Origin: a virus
Lineage: Duplodnaviria; Caudoviricetes
Length of the DNA: 62,481 nt
Direction: 5' to 3' (one strand)
Virus record (IMG/VR): IMGVR_UViG_3300030103_001665
Span: 1 to 62,481 of that record
The position numbers and the translations under genes are program-made. Below the pieces are notes generated by a model. The model searched no databases. It saw only the letters and a list, made by a program, of their open reading frames with translations, and had not been told where the DNA came from. Shown one piece after another: positions 19,964 to 29,440 of the stretch. The first letter of the stretch is position 1. Each line of letters opens with the position of its first letter.

Positions 19964-21010
19964 TTAACTCATTTTTGGATCAGAAGAGTAAGCTCCTTTT
20001 CCCATAGATTTTTTCATTCCTTTTGATTCGTCTCTACGATCTTTTAAAGATTGATTCATACTTGACTCTTTACCGTCTTTAGCTAAACTTTCGTCTAATC
20101 TCGCATTATATCCTTGTCTGTTAAATGGACTACTTTTGTGATGATGCTCATCTGCTTTAGTAGAATTTCTTGCTACGTGTTTTTTATAATCTTCATCACT
20201 TCCTGGATGATTTTTTCTTCCTCCTTTTGCTTTTACTGGTGAATTTGATCTTGGAGTTTTGTCATATTTTGGATGTTTAGCTGTGTGGTAAACCATTCCG
20301 TGATCTGTTGCTTCCCTTTTACTCATTTCACCATGTGACTTACCTGAATTTTTGTCTTTCATTTTAGCTGGTGATTTGGTAATAACAAAAGTTTCCCCAT
20401 GTAATACACCTTTTTTATGTCTACTAGTTTTTACTTTTCCTGAACCTGAAGCATCTCTAGTATCATAGTTTTCTATATTTATTCCACGTTTATCTGCTTT
20501 CTTTAATTTTCTTTTTAGAGATTTTAATTTTCTATCAAAACTTTTATCAACATTGTCAGTTCCAAAAGAAGCTTTTGCAGCATCAACTTGTTCTTGTTTT
20601 CTAGTAATACGTTTTTTAAGTCTATCTCCTTTTGCTTTTGCTGGAGAACCTTTAGCAGCTTCTTTCATTGGCTCAGTTTTATCACCATCTTTATCTAAAT
20701 CTAAAAAGTCTGGCTTAGCAGCTTTTGCCGGTGAATCTCCTTTTCTATGCATGTCATCTACGATAGGCATATATTTTAATTCATCAACTCCTTGAATTCC
20801 ATATTTGCTAGCGTTTTCCATAGGTGATTCATGACCTGCTTCCATAGGTGATTCGTGACCTGCTTCCATAGGTGATTCGTGACCTGCATACATTGGTGAA
20901 TTCATATACATAGCTGAATCTCTATGCATACCTTGCTTTTTTTCAGCTTTGTACACATGTAAAGCTGACTTCATCATTTTTACCGGGTTTTGTTTTTGTG
21001 AATAAGGCAT
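19964..21010 (-). CDS. Basic modular protein with multiple SP-motifs
   Basis: 348 aa; nine S-P-[MAVF] motifs and an EF-hand-like DLDKDGDKTE segment. Confidence 0.7.
   Translation of the reverse strand: MPYSQKQNPVKMMKSALHVYKAEKKQGMHRDSAMYMNSPMYAGHESPMEAGHESPMEAGHESPMENASKYGIQGVDELKYMPIVDDMHRKGDSPAKAAKPDFLDLDKDGDKTEPMKEAAKGSPAKAKGDRLKKRITRKQEQVDAAKASFGTDNVDKSFDRKLKSLKRKLKKADKRGINIENYDTRDASGSGKVKTSRHKKGVLHGETFVITKSPAKMKDKNSGKSHGEMSKREATDHGMVYHTAKHPKYDKTPRSNSPVKAKGGRKNHPGSDEDYKKHVARNSTKADEHHHKSSPFNRQGYNARLDESLAKDGKESSMNQSLKDRRDESKGMKKSMGKGAYSSDPKMS
20817..20887. repeat. 24-bp tandem repeat x3 encoding AGHESPME
   Basis: tccataggtgattc(a/g)tgacctgct repeated three times. Confidence 0.9.
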
Positions 21011-21043
21011 AATTGTTTTTTTTATTGTTGTTGTTTTTTTTAT

Positions 21044-21289
21044 TTATACTGGTAAATCTTCATACTTATCTGCATAGTCTGCAGGTAAATAAGATTCCAT
21101 AGAAGTTACTTGTTCAGCTGATAATTCTGTTTTATAAAAATCATTCATTAATACCCATTCAAAATGAGTTTTAATATTTTCTACATTATCATCATTTGCT
21201 ATTTGGGCTAATTGACCATCAATTTGACCTTTAATTACTTCTTTATGAGAATCCGGTGTATTTTCTGTTGTTATTACGTTTTTATACAT
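21044..21289 (-). CDS. Hypothetical acidic protein (possible tail-fibre accessory)
   Basis: 81 aa directly downstream of the tail fibre gene. Confidence 0.6.
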   Translation of the reverse strand: MYKNVITTENTPDSHKEVIKGQIDGQLAQIANDDNVENIKTHFEWVLMNDFYKTELSAEQVTSMESYLPADYADKYEDLPV

Positions 21290-21310
21290 TTTTAATTTTT
21301 TTTATTATTA

Positions 21311-24300
21311 TTAAGCGTTTTCTAATGCTGTTACTTTAGCTGATAAATCTTGTATTGCTTTTACTAACACAGGCACTAATCTTCCGTAGGTTGCTTCAAG
21401 TTTTTCAGGGTTAGCGTCATAGATTAAATTTAAAAAATCATCATCTACTGATTGTAGTTCTTGCGCAATAAACCCAATATCTTTTTTACCTTTATTAGCT
21501 GAATAAAACTCTACTTGCGTTTCATTTCCTTGTTCGTTAATTTCTGTTCTTGTTTCTGCTCTATTATCCCAAACAAATTTTCTTGGTTTTAAAGAATCAA
21601 CAAAATCTAATCCATATGGTAAATCTTCAATACTTGTTTTATCTCTTTCATCTGATAAAGCAGTTATGCCTGTTACTTGACATCTTAAAGTTCCTATTGA
21701 TGAATTACCTAAAGTTATTTCATCAGAAATACCTGCGGCAGATGGAGCAGCTGTATAACCTAAAGCCATACTATTACTTCCAGTAAACGCTGTGCCAACT
21801 AAAATATCTCTACCTACAAAAGTATTATTACTTCCAGTATGAATACCATTTATTAAACATTGATAACCAATTGCTATATTACCGCTTCCAGTAGTAGAAT
21901 TATTATAAGCACTAGCACCCATAGCAACATTAGCAAAACCAGTAGCACCACCTGAATTACCTCTACCAGCTTCGTTTCCAAAATAGGTATTCATGTTTGC
22001 TTCATTATATTGTCCTGAGCCATATCCCGCTACTGTATTACCAAATTTATCTACGGTAGTTTCTAAAGTACTAGTTCCAATAGCAACATTTTTAAACCCA
22101 GTACCTAAAACTTCACCAGATTTATAACCTACTAAAACGTTGTTTTCACCACTAGTTAAACCACCACCTGAACTAGCACCAACTGATACATTATAATCTC
22201 CAGTTGTAATTTGATACATTGAAATTCTACCAATAGCAGTATTATATCCTGCTGCTGAACCACCAGTTGTAGCACCTTCTAAAGCTCTAGTACCAACTGC
22301 TGTGTTATAAGCTGAGGAAATATATCTTCCTGCGCCATCTCCAACAAATACTGTTTCTTGTTTTGCTGAGCTATTACCACCACCCGCTAATCTACCTATA
22401 AGAACCGCACCATCACCAGTTGTGAATGCTTTACCTGCTTGATAACCTAAAGCGGTAACTCCACCAGCAACTAAACCAGCATCGGTTCCAGCTTCATATC
22501 CTATAAGTGTGTTCTGTACTGAAGTCGTTACTCCATACCCAGCTTTATAACCAACATTAGTACAACCTGTTGCTGAGGTTTGTGAATACCCAGCGTTATA
22601 CCCTATTGATACACCAGCACCAGTTGAAGAATTAATGCTACGCCCTGCATCCATTCCAATTAATACAGTATTAGTTTTATCATTACCAGAATAACCTGCT
22701 CTTTTACCAACTACTACAGAACCTGTTGCGGTTCCAGAATAAGCTGCTCCGTGTCCTACCGCAACTGCATCATTTGCTGTAAAACCAGTTCCGTGAGCAG
22801 AAGTCCCAATTGAAACTGAACCATCTTGATTACCAGCATAAGCTGCTTGATAACCTATACCAATAGCGTCATTACCAGTACAATTGAAAGCAGCTTCAGT
22901 ACCAATACCAATATTCATTGAATAAACTCCTGGGTATCTGTTAGCAGCATAACCAATTGCAATGTTATCACTTCCAGTTGATTTTTCTCTCATTGCTTGA
23001 AAACCTATTGCAACATTTTTATCACCACTAGTTAAAGCATTTGCTGCTTCTTCTCCTATCACTAAATTCTTTTCTGCACCAGATAAACCTGCTGGAATAT
23101 TTATAAAATAAGCTGAATCATTTGCTAAATCAACGCTTACATCACTCAATCCATTTAAGTCACTAGCACCACCACCACCAGCAGCTTGTAAAGTTATTAC
23201 TCCAGTACCTGAACTAAATGTAAGTACATCACCGTCAGACGCACCGGATTGTAAACCTGGTATTCTTAATGCTGTTATATTTGCATCACCAAAAGTTATT
23301 TCATTGTTAACATCAACAGCAGAAGCAGTGGCTTCATGACCTATTATAATATTATTACTACCTATTGTAACTGCATCTCCTGCTTGATACCCTAAAACAG
23401 TGTTATTTGAACCTGTAGTTACGGCTGTTGCAGCTTTATAACCTATTGCAACATTATTTGTGCGTGTACCACCTGATCGCAATGCTTCAGAACCAATAGC
23501 TACATTGTAATTACTCGCTCCAGTTGGCGCTTGATTTGCTAAATATCCTATAGCAACATTATCTGTACCTGTATGTCCAAAGCCACCACCAAATGCGCCT
23601 TTACCAACAGCTGTATTTTTTTCACCACTTGCTGAATAACCTGTTTGGTCGCCCATGTAAGTATTGTTGTCAGATGTGGTATTACTATATCCTGATCTTT
23701 CTCCAACAAAAGTATTAGAACCACCACTTGTGTTTGAATAACCAGCTTGATAACCTATCATTATTACTCTATCTGCCGTATTACTTCTTCCTGATTCATA
23801 GCCAACAAATACACTTGCCTCACCTGTTGCTAAATACCCTGCATAAGCGCCAACAGCTACGTTTTTGTCTGAATCTAAACTTCTATATGCTTCTAATCCA
23901 ATAGCTACGTTATTAGATGCGTTTCCTAATCTACCAGGATAAGAACCTAAAAGAGTATTACCTGTACCATTAGTTATAGATTCTCCTGCATCATTTCCTA
24001 ATATAGTGTTATTGCCGGGGTTTCCAGATAACCCAGCAGGTATATTTACTAGATAACTTGAAGTTCCATCTATTAAACAATCAGTTAATCCGTTTAAATC
24101 AGTAGCTCCTCCGCCTCCGGCAGCTTGTAAAGTAATATTACCAGTTCCTGAAGAAAATGTTAAAACATCCCCATCAGATGCACCTGATTGTAATCCTGGG
24201 ATTCTTAGTGAATTTATAGTTGAATCACCAAATGTTATTTCATTATCAATTGTTGCGGAACTTGGTTCAGCATCATAACCTATAACAATATTATTATCAG

Positions 24301-24988
24301 AAGTTGTCATTGAAGCTCCTGCTCCAGCTCCAATTACTACATTTTTAGCCCCTGTGTGATCTCTACCAGCATCAGATCCTATTGCCACATTATAACTTCC
24401 AGTAGTAAATGCACCTGCTTGATAACCTATATTAGTGTTCTGTTCTGCTGTTGTGTTGCTATAACCTGCTCTATAACCAACACCAACATTTCTAGTACCA
24501 GATGTGTTAGAATAACCAGCTTGATAACCTATAGATGTAATACCAGAAGAAGTATTAACTCTAGCCGCTTCATATCCAATTCCAATTGAATTATTACCAG
24601 TAGCAGTATATAAAGCAAATTTTCCTATTCCTATAGATTGTGTCATGTTTCCTGTAAGACCTGCTGAACTACCAATAAGTGTAGTAGAATTTCCTGAAGT
24701 ATGACCTCTACCCGCATAGTGTCCAAAAGCAGTATTACCATCACCACTAGTTAAATCCTTTAAAGTTTCTACTCCAAAACTTACGTTGGAAAAAGAGCTA
24801 TTAGTTTGTCCTACAGGAATACTATAACCATATAAAGATTCTGCAGTAGCATTATATAGATAAGGTAATCCAGTGCTTATATTATTAGGTGCTATTCTTT
24901 TCATAGTGGTTCCTTGATAACCAGCTAAAAAATCTATTTGAGTAGGATCTGTTTCAGCTGTAAATGCTGAAAATTTTATATTTGCCAT
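21311..24988 (-). CDS. Tail fibre with Gly-rich repeats and C-terminal intramolecular chaperone (peptidase S74)
   Basis: Dozens of N-x-x-(I/V)-G-Y-x-A-G repeats; C-terminal SDERDKTSIEDL...GFIAQELQ...LVPVLVKAIQDL. Confidence 0.9.
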   Translation of the reverse strand: MANIKFSAFTAETDPTQIDFLAGYQGTTMKRIAPNNISTGLPYLYNATAESLYGYSIPVGQTNSSFSNVSFGVETLKDLTSGDGNTAFGHYAGRGHTSGNSTTLIGSSAGLTGNMTQSIGIGKFALYTATGNNSIGIGYEAARVNTSSGITSIGYQAGYSNTSGTRNVGVGYRAGYSNTTAEQNTNIGYQAGAFTTGSYNVAIGSDAGRDHTGAKNVVIGAGAGASMTTSDNNIVIGYDAEPSSATIDNEITFGDSTINSLRIPGLQSGASDGDVLTFSSGTGNITLQAAGGGGATDLNGLTDCLIDGTSSYLVNIPAGLSGNPGNNTILGNDAGESITNGTGNTLLGSYPGRLGNASNNVAIGLEAYRSLDSDKNVAVGAYAGYLATGEASVFVGYESGRSNTADRVIMIGYQAGYSNTSGGSNTFVGERSGYSNTTSDNNTYMGDQTGYSASGEKNTAVGKGAFGGGFGHTGTDNVAIGYLANQAPTGASNYNVAIGSEALRSGGTRTNNVAIGYKAATAVTTGSNNTVLGYQAGDAVTIGSNNIIIGHEATASAVDVNNEITFGDANITALRIPGLQSGASDGDVLTFSSGTGVITLQAAGGGGASDLNGLSDVSVDLANDSAYFINIPAGLSGAEKNLVIGEEAANALTSGDKNVAIGFQAMREKSTGSDNIAIGYAANRYPGVYSMNIGIGTEAAFNCTGNDAIGIGYQAAYAGNQDGSVSIGTSAHGTGFTANDAVAVGHGAAYSGTATGSVVVGKRAGYSGNDKTNTVLIGMDAGRSINSSTGAGVSIGYNAGYSQTSATGCTNVGYKAGYGVTTSVQNTLIGYEAGTDAGLVAGGVTALGYQAGKAFTTGDGAVLIGRLAGGGNSSAKQETVFVGDGAGRYISSAYNTAVGTRALEGATTGGSAAGYNTAIGRISMYQITTGDYNVSVGASSGGGLTSGENNVLVGYKSGEVLGTGFKNVAIGTSTLETTVDKFGNTVAGYGSGQYNEANMNTYFGNEAGRGNSGGATGFANVAMGASAYNNSTTGSGNIAIGYQCLINGIHTGSNNTFVGRDILVGTAFTGSNSMALGYTAAPSAAGISDEITLGNSSIGTLRCQVTGITALSDERDKTSIEDLPYGLDFVDSLKPRKFVWDNRAETRTEINEQGNETQVEFYSANKGKKDIGFIAQELQSVDDDFLNLIYDANPEKLEATYGRLVPVLVKAIQDLSAKVTALENA

Positions 24989-25010
24989 TTGTTGTTTTGT
25001 TTAATTTTTT

Positions 25011-25184
25011 TTATGGTGCTACTTCTTGTACCATGAGATTACCACCTGCTTCTGTTTCACATATATCACCGTTCTCTGCTAAAATAAAAAATGTAACAGG
25101 ACTAGGACCACCTCCACCTTGTATAGTTAAAGGTATTGCTAATATCGCATTGGCGTTAGCCAACATACTTGGTCCACCTGGCAT
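25011..25184 (-). CDS. Small virion-associated protein (57 aa)
   Basis: Not in track; MPGGPSMLANANAILAIPLTIQGGGGPSPVTFFILAENGDICETEAGGNLMVQEVAP fills the gap. Confidence 0.65.
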   Translation of the reverse strand: MPGGPSMLANANAILAIPLTIQGGGGPSPVTFFILAENGDICETEAGGNLMVQEVAP

Positions 25185-25185
25185 T

Positions 25186-25677
25186 TTAGTTAAGTGCTAA
25201 AATGTTACTACAAGTTGTATCAGTTGCAAAAACTCTTATAGCTTGCAAAGGAATAAATGAAGAATCAGGTATGTTATTTAAAATTACATCATCTCCTGCT
25301 GGAGTTCTTAATTTTAATGTTGAACCTGCTCCTCCTGTGCCTATAAATAAAGTAAAAGCAGTGTCTCCGCTTATATTTCCTTTATATATATCATAAGTAG
25401 TAGCAGCTGTACTACTTTGCATTGTCAATGTAGTTGGTGATGCTATTGCTAGTATTTCATTAATTGCACCTCCAGCATATACTACATCTCCACCTCTAAT
25501 ATTGTAACCGCTAGGTGAAGCTGAGTTTGTAGTTGCGTTTGTAAAGTCTTGCCCAGCGTCAGTTAAAGTAGTTCCTACTGTAGCATTTGTTCCAGATGTT
25601 ATAATTCCAGGTTGTGGAATATTAAGTGTATCACTAGGGATAACAGGAACTGAACTGAATGGTTGATTGTTTGCCAT
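25186..25677 (-). CDS. Putative structural protein
   Basis: 163 aa, Thr/Gly-rich; LFIG.GG...FIPLQAIRVFATDT pattern seen in small phage tail/spike-base proteins. Confidence 0.55.
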   Translation of the reverse strand: MANNQPFSSVPVIPSDTLNIPQPGIITSGTNATVGTTLTDAGQDFTNATTNSASPSGYNIRGGDVVYAGGAINEILAIASPTTLTMQSSTAATTYDIYKGNISGDTAFTLFIGTGGAGSTLKLRTPAGDDVILNNIPDSSFIPLQAIRVFATDTTCSNILALN

Positions 25678-25691
25678 GTTAGTTTTTATTA

Positions 25692-25919
25692 TTATTTATA
25701 TACTTTTGCTTTTTGTGTAATTGGACCCATACCAGAAAAAGGAACAGCACCAAGTTTTAGTTTCATACCGTATATACCTGAACTAGACCCTTCACCGTGC
25801 AGTCTACCTGCTTGGCTTAATGGTCCGTCCCATATATGAGTTTCTCCAACTATTCCACCTCTTTTACCACCCATATCTTTAGTGTGGCCTGGATCTATTT
25901 TAAAATCTTTGTGATTCAT
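25692..25919 (-). CDS. Hypothetical protein
   Basis: 75 aa, Gly-rich, in operon. Confidence 0.65.
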   Translation of the reverse strand: MNHKDFKIDPGHTKDMGGKRGGIVGETHIWDGPLSQAGRLHGEGSSSGIYGMKLKLGAVPFSGMGPITQKAKVYK

Positions 25920-25923
25920 AATT

Positions 25924-26229
25924 TTATAAGTTTATTAATGGTTTAGGTTTTTGAAATAAACCTCTTTGTTGTTCTGTTCCATAAATTCCTGCTGCTGCTT
26001 GCTGAGCAGAAGGATTAAAATTACCGGCTGTTGCCGCTGGCATTTCACCTACTACTGTATTTTCCATAGGCATTATTTCAGAACCTGGTTGATTCAAACT
26101 ATTAATTCCTTGACTTGCTAATTGTTGATTAGCTATTTGTTGAGCTGTCATTCCAGGCATCATGCCTCCAAACATAGCTCCAGCTGTAGGTATTGTGAAC
26201 ATATTATCTATTTTTATCTTTATTAACAT
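25924..26229 (-). CDS. Hypothetical low-complexity protein (true start probably 26202, MFTIP)
   Basis: M/Q/A/G-rich ORF in operon. Confidence 0.6.
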   Translation of the reverse strand: MLIKIKIDNMFTIPTAGAMFGGMMPGMTAQQIANQQLASQGINSLNQPGSEIMPMENTVVGEMPAATAGNFNPSAQQAAAGIYGTEQQRGLFQKPKPLINL

Positions 26230-26650
26230 TATGTATAGAAGTTTGTAAAACTTTATCCATATATGTATTTCCTTTCATTATACTGTTTCTTCTTTCACTA
26301 GTTGGAATATCATCTTCACCTAGCATAATTCGGTAAATTCTTTGTATTAATTGTTTACCTTTAAAAGAAACCTTGTATATATTATATTTTTGAGTTGTTC
26401 TGTTTCTGTTTCTCCATACTACAACCCAATCACCTTGTATTAATCTATTCCATCTTCTATTTTCCCAACTATAAGAATAACTTCCCATTTTAAAATCTTG
26501 TATTGTAAATAAATCAATACAATCTAAATAAATTAATAATTCAAGGTCACTATCAGTTAAGCCGTTGTTTTTACAAGCCCATTTGCGTATTATACGGTAA
26601 TGTTTTAGCAAGTTTAAATCTTTAAGATCTCTTGCTTCTAGCTTTTTCAT
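26204..26650 (-). CDS. Putative winged-helix (MarR-like) DNA-binding protein
   Basis: GLTDSDLELLIYL...RLIQGDWV...YKVSFKGKQLI matches the wHTH pattern. Confidence 0.55.
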   Translation of the reverse strand: MKKLEARDLKDLNLLKHYRIIRKWACKNNGLTDSDLELLIYLDCIDLFTIQDFKMGSYSYSWENRRWNRLIQGDWVVVWRNRNRTTQKYNIYKVSFKGKQLIQRIYRIMLGEDDIPTSERRNSIMKGNTYMDKVLQTSIHNVNKDKNR

Positions 26651-26910
26651 AAAACAACGACGACGTCTTGCGCCTTAATAACATGATATAATTTTTTGTT
26701 TATTTCTATTTGATGACCAGCATGACGATCAAAAAATATTTTATTATCTTTTTTTAACCCTACAACTTCTTCACCAACAGAAACAACATTAGCTTCTATG
26801 TATCTAATATCACTTCTATCGTTTTTATTAAGAAGTAAACCACCTTCTGATTTAGTTATTCCTTCTTCTTCTGTTTTTTGTATAATTAAATTTCTACCTA
26901 TTGCTTTCAT
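26647..26910 (-). CDS. groES: Co-chaperonin GroES
   Basis: MKAIGRNLIIQK, TKSEGGLLL mobile loop, VVSVGEEV. Confidence 0.85.
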   Translation of the reverse strand: MKAIGRNLIIQKTEEEGITKSEGGLLLNKNDRSDIRYIEANVVSVGEEVVGLKKDNKIFFDRHAGHQIEINKKLYHVIKAQDVVVVL

Positions 26911-28435
26911 TGCTACGTATATTATTAATTACACAATCAGTCGATAAAATAGTTGTTGCTACAGAAGCCGCGTTAGTTAAAGCACTTTTTGTAACTAGTA
27001 GAGGGTCTATAATACCTGCTTTAATCATATGTACCATATTTCCTGTAACTACATTTAGACCAAATCCTTCTTTTTCAGGTTCTGTATTTTTAATACCAGC
27101 ATTATCTAGTATTGTATAATAAGGAGATTTTACAGCATTGTAAAGAATATTTTCTCCTATATTATTTTGATCTAAAACTTTTGAAGCGTTTAATAAAGCA
27201 ATACCACCACCAGAAACTATACCTTCTTTAATTGCGGCTTTAGTAGCACAGATAGCATCTTCAATTCTATCTTGTTTTTCTTTTAACTCAATATCAGAAT
27301 TAGCTCCTACTTTTACAACAGCAACTTTAGCACTTAACCTTGCTAGTCTTTGTTCTAATCCTACAACTTCATGAGGTTTTAATTTTTTAGTTAACTTATT
27401 CTTAATATTGTTAATTATTTTTTCAACCTCTTCGTTTACTCCTTCTATTTGTATAATACTCTGATGTTTCTCAGTAGTAACCTTTGAACATGTACCTAAA
27501 TAGTCTACTTGTATTGTATTTAAATCGTCTCCAAGATTTTCATCTATAATTTGAGAATTTGTAAGTAATGCTAAATCTTCTAATATTTCTTTACGTCTTA
27601 AGCCGAAAGCTGGAGCATCTAAAACATTTACTTTTATATTACCTTTTATTTTATTCATTACAAGTGCTGATAAAACCGGAGGTTCTATTTCACCAATAAT
27701 TAATAAAGGTTTGTTTTGTTTTATAACATGCTCTAGTACTGATTGGATTTGTCTGATAGATTCTATTTTAGAATCAACTATCATTACTAAAGGGTTTTGC
27801 AGTTCGCAAATACCTTTATCTTTATCTGTTATAAAATTAGGATTTAACAACCCTTTATTATATTCTACACCTTCTACAACTTCTACTTTTGTTTCTCCAG
27901 CACTAGATGGTTCCATTATAACAATACCGGTTTTTCCTACTGAATTAAATGCATTTGCAATTAAATCACCAAGCTCTTTATCGTTATTAGTAGATATAGT
28001 AGCTATTTGCTCTATTCTATCATCTACAGGAACTGATTTACCTGCAATATGTTTTATAATTTTTTCAACACCATTTAAAATACCTTCTTTTATCTCTCTA
28101 GTATTTGTGTTATTTAATTCCTTATATGCTTCTTTTAATATAGCATGTGCTAATACGGTTGCGGTAGTTGTACCGTCTCCAGCTTCTTTAACTGTTTTGC
28201 GTGCTGCCTCTTTAATTAAAGTAGCACCTAGGTTTTCTACAGGATCTAAAAGGACAATAGAATCAGCTACTGTTACACCATCTTTAGTTATTACTGGATT
28301 TCCTTGTTGGTCTTCAAGAATAACACACTTGCCGCTAGCTCCTAAAGTGGAACTAACAGCATTAGTGAGTTTTTCAATACCTTTAAAGACCTGATTCTTG
28401 GCATTATCGCCAAAATTTAGGTTTTTTACTATCAT
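26894..28435 (-). CDS. groEL: Chaperonin GroEL
   Basis: ITKDGVTVA, AGDGTTTATVLA, APAFG, EGIVSGGG, GIIDPLLVTKSAL; no GGM tail. Confidence 0.95.
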   Translation of the reverse strand: MIVKNLNFGDNAKNQVFKGIEKLTNAVSSTLGASGKCVILEDQQGNPVITKDGVTVADSIVLLDPVENLGATLIKEAARKTVKEAGDGTTTATVLAHAILKEAYKELNNTNTREIKEGILNGVEKIIKHIAGKSVPVDDRIEQIATISTNNDKELGDLIANAFNSVGKTGIVIMEPSSAGETKVEVVEGVEYNKGLLNPNFITDKDKGICELQNPLVMIVDSKIESIRQIQSVLEHVIKQNKPLLIIGEIEPPVLSALVMNKIKGNIKVNVLDAPAFGLRRKEILEDLALLTNSQIIDENLGDDLNTIQVDYLGTCSKVTTEKHQSIIQIEGVNEEVEKIINNIKNKLTKKLKPHEVVGLEQRLARLSAKVAVVKVGANSDIELKEKQDRIEDAICATKAAIKEGIVSGGGIALLNASKVLDQNNIGENILYNAVKSPYYTILDNAGIKNTEPEKEGFGLNVVTGNMVHMIKAGIIDPLLVTKSALTNAASVATTILSTDCVINNIRSNESNR

Positions 28436-28462
28436 TTGATTGAATTTAATTTGATTTAATTA

Positions 28463-28747
28463 TTACTTAAAGGTTTTTACGACTTTCGGCCCGTTTAAGA
28501 ACTCAAGCTTCTTTGTATAATGATCTACTGATGCATCTATTGCTTGTTCCGCTCCTTCTAAGGTCTCTCTTCGTGTTACATCTACCCAGTTTTCATCTAA
28601 ATCTAGGTATTCTGTTTGGTAAAAACCATTAGGTAACTGAGTTATTCTCCAATTACTTTTTTCAGCTACATGCTTCCAAAGGTCTATGGTTTCTTTTGTT
28701 ATTTGTGGTTGACTATTCCACGTTTTAGTCTGATAATAAAACGTCAT
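28463..28747 (-). CDS. Conserved hypothetical protein
   Basis: 94 aa upstream of groEL. Confidence 0.7.
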   Translation of the reverse strand: MTFYYQTKTWNSQPQITKETIDLWKHVAEKSNWRITQLPNGFYQTEYLDLDENWVDVTRRETLEGAEQAIDASVDHYTKKLEFLNGPKVVKTFK

Positions 28748-28806
28748 TTGGTTTAGGTTTTATGTTAATGTTTGGTTTGTTGCTCTTTACCCGAGCCGGT
28801 TATGTT

Positions 28807-29334
28807 TTATGTATATACTCTAAGTTCTAGAAATATTTTCATGTTATCTGATTTTGTAGCAGCACCGGATTGTGCTAATACAAAATGATTTATCTGTACT
28901 GTACTTACTGTTGGAAACGTTACGATCTGTTGTCCTGGCCATTCATTAGTATCTAGAACACCATTTACTCCGTTTGCTCCAATAGATGGATTACTTACAA
29001 TCTGTGATTGGCTTGATGCCCAGGATTTCCCTGTCGTGAATGCATTTAATAGTGTCCCGGTGTAAACACCCACACTATTTCTTGTCCAAACTATATTTCC
29101 AACGCCGTTTGACATAATCGTAGCGGTTGGTGCAACTGCACCTCCACCGAAATTACTTAATTCTGCTACGTATGTAGTATATCCCAGTCCTAATGTCCCA
29201 GCTAAAGAAGAAAGATCTGATACAGTAAACTGTACAGTTCTATTCTGAGGTACGCTTGTTGAGGATTTCTGTGTACCTAAAACCAAGTCAGCTGAAACTG
29301 GAGTAACTTGTGGATATGAAATTATTTGTGCCAT
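28807..29334 (-). CDS. Putative structural protein, first late gene
   Basis: 175 aa; MAQIISYPQVTP...DLVLGT and WTRNSVGVYTGTL resemble tail/baseplate-attachment domains. Confidence 0.55.
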   Translation of the reverse strand: MAQIISYPQVTPVSADLVLGTQKSSTSVPQNRTVQFTVSDLSSLAGTLGLGYTTYVAELSNFGGGAVAPTATIMSNGVGNIVWTRNSVGVYTGTLLNAFTTGKSWASSQSQIVSNPSIGANGVNGVLDTNEWPGQQIVTFPTVSTVQINHFVLAQSGAATKSDNMKIFLELRVYT

Positions 29335-29361
29335 AGTATTTTGTTATTTGTCTATAGATAT

Positions 29362-29389
29362 ATACTTACACGTTAAAATAATAATTTAC
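29362..29389 (-). promoter_or_regulatory. Putative late promoter (class B)
   Basis: GTAA-ATTATTATTTT-AAC-GTGTAAGTAT at the head of the minus-strand late region. Confidence 0.65.
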
Positions 29390-29412
29390 AATATATTTTA
29401 TGTATTATTTAA

Positions 29413-29440
29413 GTAAATTTAAAAATAACTGTGTAATATA
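29413..29440 (+). promoter_or_regulatory. Putative class B promoter pointing into a non-coding structured region
   Basis: GTAA-N16-GTAATATA; same GTAA-to-GTRA distance as the other copies, but AAC is shifted by 1 nt. Confidence 0.45.

Noticed and set aside
21311-24988. Diversity-generating retroelement targeting the tail fibre
   Set aside because: No reverse transcriptase; differences between the repeats are mostly synonymous and not adenine-specific.
27711-28394. 227-aa plus-strand ORF and other antisense ORFs in the track (e.g. 6480, 7978, 13401, 54109, 56284)
   Set aside because: They lie antisense to well-supported genes and are explained by codon bias of the real strand.
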